Source: an uncultured virus (IMG/VR IMGVR_UViG_3300032167_000103) (Duplodnaviria; Heunggongvirae; Uroviricota; Caudoviricetes). From it: a stretch of DNA of 20,000 nt. Below are positions 8,094 to 16,815 of the stretch, piece by piece. A model generated the notes under the pieces. It did no database searches and was not told the DNA's origin. It saw only the letters and a program-made list of their open reading frames with translations. How positions within the stretch are numbered: the first letter of the stretch is position 1; the number at the start of each line of letters is the position of its first letter. The DNA lies in IMG/VR virus record IMGVR_UViG_3300032167_000103, positions 51,473 to 71,472 of that record; one strand, 5' to 3'. Position numbers and translations under genes: made by a program.

Positions 8094-10552
8094 TAACTTT
8101 CACCTCCATCAGAATAATCAGGTCTCTGGATATTAATTTCAAGAATGATTCTCTTAATAATATCACGGAATTTAACTACACAGTAGCAGTGCATAATCAT
8201 GCGTTCCTGCTCCCACTCATTAGCTTTGAACTCAATGTTGATATCCTGAACCATTGTACCAATCCAAGGACGATAAATCGCCATCTGAGCATCAGTATAA
8301 CCCTTACGAGCTTCAGGTTCATTCCAGTTGTACAGATAATTGCGGTTAGCCTGTTCAAGACCTTTCTTAAGTCTGTTAAGAACACGAACGTTATTCTCTT
8401 CAAGCAATGCAGAAGCATCAAGCTGACGAGTATTCTGAACAGCACGCTGAACAATTCTACCCTCTTCACGAGTTAAGTAGTAATTGAAACGATTTGTGAA
8501 CAGAAGTTCCTTAACATCCCAGTCGATAAGATCAATATCAGGTTGGAAGGTATCACGAATCATAGAGTTAGCTGCAGTAAGTGCATTATTCTTCTGAACG
8601 CAAGTTAACTGAGCAAGACCATATACGAAAGGTTTGTTCAAACCTTCATGGATGATATGATTGATCAATTCTTTAGCAATGAAGTAAGAAGTTGTAACTT
8701 TAACTCGTCTGCCAGTATAAGGATCAAAAATATCATAACAACCCAAGTCGATAGAAGTTGCACGTCCAGTGAACTCACTAAACATTTCAATGATATCCAT
8801 CAACTCAGTAGAAGCATTAACATTCTTAATACCTACATTACCACAGTCAAGATATAAAGAACAACCAGCACCCATGTCTTCTGCAATAGTCATACCATTG
8901 CGGTTTCTGAATTCGTTAAGATCGTACATAGCACGTTTAACGTTAATATCAGTAACATCAATGGCACCAGAACTTGCAGTAATTGCTAACTGCTGATAAT
9001 CTGCATCTGTCAGGACAGTACTATTACTATATAGATTCTGGATAGAATCATCAAGTGTCAAGTCACCTTCAGAAGTCATATTATAGTTAGCATCGAACAT
9101 GAAATCAAGGTTTACTCTTGCAGGACTTAAGATCTTACGATCCTTATATCCACGGAATGCAGAAACATATTCACGAGAGAGTAATAGTTTCATTTCTGCA
9201 GCAGTAGGAGCACGAGTTACTCCATCAACAGTAATCTCTTCGAAATCACCATCATGACCGCCAGTAAACATGATACCTCTAGAATTAGTGATATCAATAC
9301 CATCGTACTGATCGTCATCAGCAGCAGCTTCTACACCTTCATCGTATGTAATGTTTCCTGCATCAGTATCAATATGAGATACAGTATAACGCCAACGATA
9401 TCCACCATTGTTTTCATCTGCAAGTACAAGTACAGAAGCACCTACAGTTGCAGTAGCCCAATCGGATAGATTCTGAGGCATCATAGATGCATTTGCAACT
9501 TCCATATCAGGAGCAACATAAGGACCAGTGCTCTTCATTGTGTAGTTTCTGTAGTAAGGAATAATCTCGTTAGAACGAGTATTCAATACAGTACCAAACA
9601 TAGGATCGAAAGTTTCTTCACTAATTGCCATAGCAATTTCAAGATCAGCTAACTGATCATCAGTAGAAGCATTCTGAGCCAAGTAAGTCTGGTTAGATTC
9701 TACAATCTTCTTATAGAAGTCATAAAGTTTCAGATAATTATCTTCGAAAGGATAAATATATACAGGACAGCTACCAGTAGCAAACTGATCTAATACGTCA
9801 CTAATTAAAGTAGACATATTGAAACGAGTTGTCTGATATAAAGAACCAGAGAAGATATTGGATACACGAGATACACCAGCTGTATTAGTAATCAAAGACC
9901 ACTTATACATCTTCATCTCATATTCTTTTTCTGCATCAGTGTCTCTACGGAAACACATAGCATATTTATTACCATATTTACCACGACCGACAGAACGAAC
10001 GTAAGCAAGAGGTAATGTCATATAACCAGTCTGAGCATCAGGTACTTCACTTGCAAGAGAATTAGCAACTTCAAGAATTGCCATATCATCAGTGCTACCT
10101 TCAGTCAAACGAGGTTTGCCAGCATACGCAACATCGAATTTGATTTCGAAACGTTTTAGACCAGTTTCCTGACCTAAATCATCTAATTCATTACCTTCAC
10201 GATATTTCGCAAGAAGAATCATGTTTGCATAAGTAGCATTATCAGGAAGAACGCGGCAGAACCAAACGTTCGTACTTCCGTTGAATAAAAGATCAGCCTG
10301 TAGAGAAGCCTGACCATATTTCTGGAAGTTACCCTGACCGAATAAAGCTTTCTTTGTTGGTAGATCACTTATACGAACGAAAGTATTGTCAATACCCTGA
10401 TCAGCACCAGTAACTACGACTGTCGCATAAGGGAGTTCGCTAGTATCACTAGGCTGAGCAGTAGTTTCATCGTAAAAAGTGTCATCAAGAATTACCGTAT
10501 GCACATGAGGATGTGCATAGTACGGAATAATTTGGACGCTAGATTCACCCAT
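8093..10552 (-). CDS. Contractile tail sheath protein (819 aa)
   Basis: N-terminal HPHVHTVILD, ALFG...KYGQ and VWFCRV, and C-terminal EENNVRVLNRLKK...YLY...VVKFRDIIKRIILEINI, are typical of sheath proteins. Size and the terminase-sheath-tube order agree. Confidence 0.85.
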   Translation of the reverse strand: MGESSVQIIPYYAHPHVHTVILDDTFYDETTAQPSDTSELPYATVVVTGADQGIDNTFVRISDLPTKKALFGQGNFQKYGQASLQADLLFNGSTNVWFCRVLPDNATYANMILLAKYREGNELDDLGQETGLKRFEIKFDVAYAGKPRLTEGSTDDMAILEVANSLASEVPDAQTGYMTLPLAYVRSVGRGKYGNKYAMCFRRDTDAEKEYEMKMYKWSLITNTAGVSRVSNIFSGSLYQTTRFNMSTLISDVLDQFATGSCPVYIYPFEDNYLKLYDFYKKIVESNQTYLAQNASTDDQLADLEIAMAISEETFDPMFGTVLNTRSNEIIPYYRNYTMKSTGPYVAPDMEVANASMMPQNLSDWATATVGASVLVLADENNGGYRWRYTVSHIDTDAGNITYDEGVEAAADDDQYDGIDITNSRGIMFTGGHDGDFEEITVDGVTRAPTAAEMKLLLSREYVSAFRGYKDRKILSPARVNLDFMFDANYNMTSEGDLTLDDSIQNLYSNSTVLTDADYQQLAITASSGAIDVTDINVKRAMYDLNEFRNRNGMTIAEDMGAGCSLYLDCGNVGIKNVNASTELMDIIEMFSEFTGRATSIDLGCYDIFDPYTGRRVKVTTSYFIAKELINHIIHEGLNKPFVYGLAQLTCVQKNNALTAANSMIRDTFQPDIDLIDWDVKELLFTNRFNYYLTREEGRIVQRAVQNTRQLDASALLEENNVRVLNRLKKGLEQANRNYLYNWNEPEARKGYTDAQMAIYRPWIGTMVQDINIEFKANEWEQERMIMHCYCVVKFRDIIKRIILEINIQRPDYSDGGES

Positions 10553-10600
10553 AATTGTACACTCCTTTACTATATTTTTTGATGAATTTAATGAGACATC

Positions 10601-10617
10601 TTCATTATTAATCTGGT
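10601..10617 (-). promoter_or_regulatory. Candidate late promoter ACCAGATTAATAATGAA upstream of the sheath
   Basis: Near-identical to ACTAGATTATAATGAA upstream of the 719-aa gene (19837-19852). Confidence 0.35.
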
Positions 10618-10633
10618 TCTATATTTTCTATGA

Positions 10634-11347
10634 TCAATAGTGAATGATTTTCTCTAATGGTGATACAGGTTCTTCAATATTTTCGGCAGAATTGTTAATA
10701 CCATTTGATATCATAGTACCGATATCTTCAAAGACCATACCACTAAATGTTGATAGATCTTTAACTACAGATCTTACATTTCCTGTTTGATAATCATAAC
10801 CATTAGGTTTTGATTGTCGAGCATAATATTGCCCATAACGTTCTTTCATATTGTTTGGATTACGATAAATGCTTGCAATGATCATTTCATATATTTTTGA
10901 TGGAACTTTATAACTTACACCAGAAATTTCCAAGTTTCTCCACCAAATGTCAATCACCTTTGTATAGTTTAAAGTACGAGGAAGTTTACCAGATAACATA
11001 CTATCTAGGAATGCACCTGCTACTTCTCTTCCTTTAGGTAATGTTTGGTGGATAATATAAGAATCTTTCATGTACTGTAAAGTCATTACAGAAATAATCT
11101 TTCCGTGTACTTTAATATTTTCTACTTTAGATTCATATACTATGAAATTTGTAATAACTGGAACATTGAAGAGTTTTAACTCTCCTTCTTGTCCATTAGG
11201 AAACGCTCGTGTATAAACAATACCGAGTGCTTCAATAGATGCACCTCTGTTTACAGCAATTCCTGAGTTGAAATATTCCATTGGGATATATATTTCCATA
11301 TAATCGTTGCAATAAATTTTTCCTGATTTTGCGTATAAAATACCCAT
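10634..11347 (-). CDS. Probable RNA polymerase beta-prime extreme C-terminal fragment (237 aa)
   Basis: WWRNLEISGVSYKVPSKIYEMIIASIYR and GNVRSVVKDLSTFSGMVFED align by eye with beta-prime VYRxQGVxINDKHIEVIVRQM and GITKASLxTxSFISAASFQE. RBS AAGGAGG. Confidence 0.6.
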   Translation of the reverse strand: MGILYAKSGKIYCNDYMEIYIPMEYFNSGIAVNRGASIEALGIVYTRAFPNGQEGELKLFNVPVITNFIVYESKVENIKVHGKIISVMTLQYMKDSYIIHQTLPKGREVAGAFLDSMLSGKLPRTLNYTKVIDIWWRNLEISGVSYKVPSKIYEMIIASIYRNPNNMKERYGQYYARQSKPNGYDYQTGNVRSVVKDLSTFSGMVFEDIGTMISNGINNSAENIEEPVSPLEKIIHY

Positions 11348-11365
11348 GTTTATTGTTACACCTCC

Positions 11366-11560
11366 TTACTCGATTTGTAGATATCTTATTACCTTTGGAT
11401 TATTTTTCATATCATCCAACGCTTCTTCTATTGTATTAAACTTACAAGGACAAATATGACCTTTCGTAGTATTTATATAACTATATCCGGATCCATCTTT
11501 GTGAGGAAGAAGTAATACTTCAATATTATCATCTTCTCGTTCTACTAAAAATTTTAACAT
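11366..11560 (-). CDS. Small hypothetical protein (64 aa)
   Basis: ATG abuts the terL stop, and the AGGAGG RBS lies in the last terL codons. Contains a GHICPC motif. Confidence 0.7.
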   Translation of the reverse strand: MLKFLVEREDDNIEVLLLPHKDGSGYSYINTTKGHICPCKFNTIEEALDDMKNNPKVIRYLQIE

Positions 11561-12904
11561 TTAATATCTTCCTCCTGTTCCATTAATATCATCAAAGAAC
11601 CATGAGCCTAGATCCACAGTATCAGAAGGATTAAAATCTCTATCTTCTCTAGAGTAAATTGGATCATTCATAAAAGATAAAGTATCACATAAAGTTCTAA
11701 TTTGAGATTCCATTCTTGCAGAAGCATCCATAACTTCAGCGTCATATGAAACTACTTCTTTGCCTCCTGAATTAACTAATGCAGTTTCTTGAGAAGTGAT
11801 TCCTCCAGCAGGAGGTTCTTCAGGTAACTGAATTGGTCCATATAATGGATTATCACCTTTAATGATACCAAATGTTTCAAGATTATCTCCAGTATAATAA
11901 ATATAGATGGCATGTAGATATGCCATTACACAGTCATCATGTTCACCCTTATCGGCTTCAATACGTCCAGTAGATGTTTTAATCAATTTACACAAATCAT
12001 CTACTAAGTATTCAGTAGTAAGAATATCTTTACATACATCGACATGTTGGAATAACAATTCAAACATTGCATCACGGACTTTCTTGCTTAAGAATGTACC
12101 GTATTTTCTATACTGTTCTGACAATGATTTCAATTCTTGTGTTCCGTCTTCTGATGTTAATTCCTCTAATTCTTGAGCTTTTCTAGACCAATACAAGTTA
12201 TCTCTAATATCAGTCTCTAATAGCATCTGAATTAAATAAATACCCATTGAGTTCTTTTCTGGAATTAATACTGCCTTAGGAATATATTCATGAACTAATT
12301 CAATCAACATTCGAACTGCATTAGGTCCAGAAATATATGGAGATTTAAATTCAGCAGCAATCTTCAAGTTAAATGGGTTAATAATATACACTGAGAAGTT
12401 ATCTCCTCCGCCACCGCCAGCAGGGTCAATACCAACAAGATACGGGATATTTTCATCAAGATCTTTAGGACGACCGAATTGGTATCCTGCTCCATGTTCG
12501 TAAAGTTTATATAACCATTTTCCACAAATCAAAAGATCATTTGTTGATTTCTTCATATTAGAAATCAAATATTCAATATCTTCAGCACTAATTGCAGAGT
12601 TGTTAGAACCACGAAGTCTCTGTAATAAGATTTCACGACGAATTGCCATCTTATCACCAGATAATGCAAACTGATCTAATACCCAGTTATAGTCTTTACG
12701 TAACTGGAAATATTGATATTCAATATAATATACATCAATTACTTCACGAGTTTTCTTCTCTTCTGAAGAGTGGTAATCTTCTCTGAAAGCAGATTTATAT
12801 TCTTTAATCTGCTCTTCCGTCATGTCATATATTTTTTCAGTCCAAGGAATCATTGACTGAATAATAGGTAAAGCTTCACGACCCTCGCGAGTATCCAGGT
12901 TACC
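11561..12904 (-). CDS. terL: Large terminase subunit, exon 2 (end of ATPase domain and RNase H-like nuclease domain)
   Basis: Starts GNLDT. LVGIDPAGG..GDNFS, IPEKNSMG and GEHDDCVMA are terminase nuclease motifs. Confidence 0.9.
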   Translation of the reverse strand, partial: GNLDTREGREALPIIQSMIPWTEKIYDMTEEQIKEYKSAFREDYHSSEEKKTREVIDVYYIEYQYFQLRKDYNWVLDQFALSGDKMAIRREILLQRLRGSNNSAISAEDIEYLISNMKKSTNDLLICGKWLYKLYEHGAGYQFGRPKDLDENIPYLVGIDPAGGGGGDNFSVYIINPFNLKIAAEFKSPYISGPNAVRMLIELVHEYIPKAVLIPEKNSMGIYLIQMLLETDIRDNLYWSRKAQELEELTSEDGTQELKSLSEQYRKYGTFLSKKVRDAMFELLFQHVDVCKDILTTEYLVDDLCKLIKTSTGRIEADKGEHDDCVMAYLHAIYIYYTGDNLETFGIIKGDNPLYGPIQLPEEPPAGGITSQETALVNSGGKEVVSYDAEVMDASARMESQIRTLCDTLSFMNDPIYSREDRDFNPSDTVDLGSWFFDDINGTGGRY

Positions 12905-13332
12905 CGTTATATTCACACAGTTCGCAACACTGTGCAGTTCTCTAAACTCAATTCATTATATTCATATGAATTGAAAATGAACTTCCCTATCTCTCGATAG
13001 GATACTTGACTATATCTCCATCCACATACAATATTTTATGTGGAGCAATCCATTTCCATTTAAGGGATTTTCACCCACCACCATTGGCAATTGTGGTCGT
13101 ACTCCTATTGCCGACTTTCACGGCTTATTTCAGGATAGTCGATGAACTTTACTCTGAATAAGATCAGAGTCTTAGCTGCGGATTGTCTGTACCATGTACC
13201 TTTTTACTATACCTTCCACATTACTGGTTGCCACTATGATATCACTACCATAGTTTAGTAGTACACGTTTAACCAGAGTTTCCCGAACAATTAAGATTGG
13301 AAAACTATATGTTACCATATAGCCACCCCGTT

Positions 13333-14385
13333 TTATACTATAATTTCTTTAATTTCATTTTCATTGAGAAGAATACTTTCGTTTTCTTTTATGGCTTTCA
13401 TTTTATTTATTTTTAGTATTCGTTTATTGATAGATCGTCGTAATAAACTATCTTCTTTAGTTCCATCATTTTTATACCAAAATATTTGTAAATTTCGTTT
13501 CTTGGTATATTAGATGAAATCATTCTAGATAACACATTTTCATCAATATTTCGTACAGTATGAGCTCTTTTTTCTGGTTTAAAATATTCTTTGCTAATCT
13601 GAGACCAAATATTTCCACTTTTAATATTACGAATAACATTCTTGTATCGTAATTCTTCCTTAGGATCATTTATAACAATTTTATTCAGTCCCAATATATC
13701 ATAAATTTCATCAGTAGTTTTACCATCTACATGAAGTTTACATATCTGATGAATTTGATCTAAAGAAAATTTACTATTTTTATCTTTTGGAAGATATTCT
13801 TTTTCAGAATTAGATGAAGTTTCATACTCATATTGTGATACTACGTCTATCCAAATCTTTTTATGTCTAAGCCTATGAATAAGTGTATACATTGACATAT
13901 CTTCTTTAGAATTATAATCAATTCGTACTTTATTCATTACTTTACGAAAAACTTCCATATTATTCATTCCATTTACAAACATTTTGCATATATCATGAAT
14001 TAAAGTTTCTGGATAGATATTCGTAGATGAATTTTCTCCACGTGTATTATATAAACCAGTAGCATGAGCTCTACGAGTATTTTCTGCAGATGTTACCCAT
14101 TCTAGATTTGTATAATGATTATTTTGTTTATTACCATCAATATGATCAATTTGTAAACGAATATCTCTATTTTTTTAAACAAAATTCATATGCGACTATT
14201 CTATGAACTCCATAATTGTTTTTACTAAGAGCGATCCTTAGATATCCATCTGAATCAACGTGAGATGATACAAATCGTTCGAATAAAGTATCATAGACTT
14301 TGCCATATTCTGATATGAAATATCTATTTTGATCTACTCCTGGATATGTAACTTTTCTGTATTCTTCTCTTTTAGTATTTTTCAT
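13333..14385 (-). pseudogene. Frameshifted intron HNH endonuclease gene
   Basis: ORF 14385-14167 (RYFISEYG.V, DGYLRI, VHRIVA) stops after an A7 run. The +1 frame continues LQIDHIDGNKQNNHYTNLEWVT into ORF 13413-13982. A probable second shift near the A5 run at 13469-13473 extends the frame to TAA at 13333. Confidence 0.85.
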
Positions 14386-14425
14386 ATTTTATATCTCCTT
14401 TAACATAGTATTTTCAGTTAATACC

Positions 14426-14434
14426 ATGATATAT
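14426..14434 (-). promoter_or_regulatory. Variant early promoter motif ATATATCAT upstream of the terL-intron HNH gene
   Basis: One mismatch from ATATATTAT, about 40 nt upstream of the ATG, which has an AAGGAG RBS. Confidence 0.4.
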
Positions 14435-14469
14435 GAAAAATACATTTAAAATCATAGCAATTTTACTTG

Positions 14470-15276
14470 AGGTGTGCAAGACATAAGTCTGCAATAAGGC
14501 TTACCTGCAGCTGCAGCGTTTTCAGAAGCTGTTTTAAACAATGGAGCTGAGTTAGCCATAATTTCTCCAAAGAATGGAGTATGTTCAATTTCGTCAAAAT
14601 AAAGAATAGCACCAGAACCACCACGACCAAGACCCTGGGCATGAGATAATGAAGTTGGTTTTGGATGAATTTCCAGAGTATTGTGTAACAAGTTATTCTC
14701 TAACTTTTCAGTAGCCTGACGAGATTTCTTTATTTTTCCATCTTCTCCCATGAATCGTCTAAATTGTAACCATTCAGGAAGTAATTCAATATTACTTTTT
14801 AAATGAGCTAAGTTTCGTTTTGTATTATCAGTTTCCTTACCAAAGAAATGCATGTGTAAGTTTTGGGATAATTGAAATGCCCATAGAATTGGTCCACCAA
14901 TTGTTCCAGTAGTCTTATATGTCTGACGAGGTTCACAAATACAATTATCTTGATGACGTTCGAAACACCATATTACTGCAGCTAATCCACGATGTAGTGA
15001 GTAAGGTACTACACCTTTATCGGTTCTCATACGTACACACATACGTATGAATGCCCAAACATTATGTTGAAATTCTTGCATTAATGCTTTAATTTCTTGC
15101 TCAGTAATATTAGGTTTAAATGGATCTATATCAGCAACTCTTGGATTGTCTATTCTAAGCATGAAGTAATAATTCTTAATTCCAACAGCCTTTAATTCTT
15201 TAGCTGTAATTAAGAATGATTCATTCGACGTGCCAAAATCGTAAAAATGACCATTAATCTGTTTAATATCACTCAT
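14470..15276 (-). CDS. terL: Large terminase subunit, exon 1 (ATPase domain); spliced product 716 aa
   Basis: Walker A-like PRQTYKT, GRG, Walker B ILYFDE and coupling-motif region SCTP. RBS AGGAGG. 807+1344 = 2151 nt = 717 codons. Confidence 0.9.
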
Positions 15277-15338
15277 TATGTTATTTCCTCCTTTCCTATA
15301 GTAAACTTAATGTTTTAGTTTATCGACATACGCAACTT

Positions 15339-15347
15339 ATATATTCT
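15339..15347 (+). promoter_or_regulatory. Putative early promoter motif ATATATTCT for the DHH-deaminase-FolD operon
   Basis: Recurrent 9-mer in the divergent intergenic region, about 50 nt before the ATG. Confidence 0.55.
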
Positions 15348-15395
15348 TATTATAGAAGAAACCAAAACATCTAAAATACTTAAAGAAAGAAGGAA

Positions 15396-16397
15396 ATGAA
15401 AATGTACAAAAAAGTTTTATTTACACATGATGATATGGATGGAGCCGGTTGCCGTATCGTATTTGAATTAGCACATAGACATCTTGAAAAAGGAAAGGAT
15501 TATGAGATATTCAACTGTTCAAACAATGGAGTTGATGAAACAGCTTTATCTATTTTCAGAAATGAACAGTTTGATCCTGTGAACACACATGTTATCTTTG
15601 CTGATATATGTTGTTCTGTGCAAGCACTTGAAGTCTTCAAATCTAAAGAAGTTAAAGTTGATATCTTTGACCATCATAGAACTAACTTCCCTGTTCAGCA
15701 GGTATATCCTGATGCACAAATTGTTCCTGAAAATGTATTGGGAGTACAGGAAAGTGGAACATCTCTCCTTTATCAGTATTTCTACAATATTGATGATTTT
15801 ACTGGAGAGCATTTCAAGAATCTTGATGAAGTAATGTTTTCAAAGTTGGTAGACACTATCCGTTCATATGATACATATGAATGGAAGACTACCAATAATA
15901 TTCTGGCAAAGGAACTGCAGACATTATTCTATCTCCTTGGGATGGATAAGTTCTGTGAGCGGTATATAAAGAAGATTAGTGATGTTGAAAACAAAGATAA
16001 CCATTTGATTTCACTAACAGACATGGACTTTGTATCTACGAAAATTGAGAATGAACAAAAGGTAATTGACAACTTTACACCTGATGATGTATTTGAATTT
16101 ATGCTTCGTGGATATAACATTGCATTCATTCTCACAACAAAGGGTGCATCTATTAGTGAACTCGGTTATCAGTTCTTGACTAAGTATCCTCAGTATGATG
16201 CAATGATCTATTTCTCTCCTTATAACGGAGGAAAGTTTGAAATGAGAACCGTGAGGGACGATATTGATATGGGTGCGATGTTTGCAATGCCTATCGGTGG
16301 TGGTGGTCATCCTAAAGCTGCAGGTGCACCATTACCTCAGTCTTCTCAGGATATGATGGTTGACATGCTGATTGACGTACTGAATGGGAGGTTCTGA
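15396..16397 (+). CDS. DHH/DHHA1 phosphoesterase (NrnB-like oligoribonuclease)
   Basis: Motifs THDDMDG, FADI, FDHH, SYDTYEW and C-terminal GGGGHPKAAG. Confidence 0.9.
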   Translation: MKMYKKVLFTHDDMDGAGCRIVFELAHRHLEKGKDYEIFNCSNNGVDETALSIFRNEQFDPVNTHVIFADICCSVQALEVFKSKEVKVDIFDHHRTNFPVQQVYPDAQIVPENVLGVQESGTSLLYQYFYNIDDFTGEHFKNLDEVMFSKLVDTIRSYDTYEWKTTNNILAKELQTLFYLLGMDKFCERYIKKISDVENKDNHLISLTDMDFVSTKIENEQKVIDNFTPDDVFEFMLRGYNIAFILTTKGASISELGYQFLTKYPQYDAMIYFSPYNGGKFEMRTVRDDIDMGAMFAMPIGGGGHPKAAGAPLPQSSQDMMVDMLIDVLNGRF

Positions 16398-16403
16398 TCT
16401 CAA

Positions 16404-16814
16404 TTGAACTATAGAGACTTGAGATACATTAAAACAGCCGCGAAAATTGCCGAGCATAGCACATATGCTCGGCATTCTATCGGTTGTGTAGTAGTCTATA
16501 GAAACACCATAATTTCAACTGGGTGCAATAAGGATCGTACCGATCCATTGCAGAAAAAATATAATAAAGAGAGGAATATTTCTGATAATTATCCTCACAA
16601 GATACATGCAGAAGTAGATGCTATTAAACATATAATTGATCTTGATATTGATTGGAAGAATGTTTCTATCTATATAGTTAGATTAAGAAAAGATCAACCT
16701 TATGGAATGGCTCGACCTTGTAAATCTTGTATGTCTTTAATAAAGGACCTTGGTATCAGAAATATTTATTACACGACAAATGATGGTATCGCACATGAAA
16801 GATTGGAGGATTAA
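16404..16814 (+). CDS. Zinc-dependent cytidine/dCMP deaminase-family protein
   Basis: IGCVVV...STGCN, HAE and PCKSC zinc-binding motifs. TTG start after GGGAGG; exact start uncertain. Confidence 0.88.
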   Translation: MNYRDLRYIKTAAKIAEHSTYARHSIGCVVVYRNTIISTGCNKDRTDPLQKKYNKERNISDNYPHKIHAEVDAIKHIIDLDIDWKNVSIYIVRLRKDQPYGMARPCKSCMSLIKDLGIRNIYYTTNDGIAHERLED

Positions 16815-16815
16815 T

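Larger units (their letters stand above)
12905..14469 (-). mobile_element. Group I intron (1565 nt) in terL, with a degenerate HNH gene in the P1 loop
   Basis: The 5' exon ends CACCU^ and the guide GGGGUG at 13324-13329 pairs with it (U-G at the splice site). Core elements: P AAUUGUUCGGGAAA (13279-13292), Q AAUCCGCAGC (13175-13184), R GUUCAUCGACUA (13136-13147), S GAGAUAUAGUC (13008-13018). Terminal G is at 12905. Splicing gives SCTP^GNLDT in frame. Confidence 0.92.

Noticed and set aside
7011..9469. Short plus-strand and alternate-frame ORFs overlapping the sheath and tube genes
   Set aside because: They are shadows of long, well-supported genes with no recognisable motifs. 7011-7268 has a purine tract upstream but at poor spacing.
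14173..14179. T-TTA-AAA slippery heptamer as a programmed -1 frameshift restoring the HNH
   Set aside because: The HNH core lies in the +1 frame; a -1 shift leads into a short unrelated frame ending in TAG.
2745..15276. Stop-codon reassignment or inteins as the cause of the fragmented beta and terL ORFs
   Set aside because: The gaps are non-coding, contain complete group I core elements, and splice precisely in frame. The other genes read normally in the standard code.
16750..16815. 22-residue N-terminal extension of the FolD-like ORF
   Set aside because: It overlaps the deaminase; the ATG at 16816 has a good RBS and directly follows the deaminase stop.
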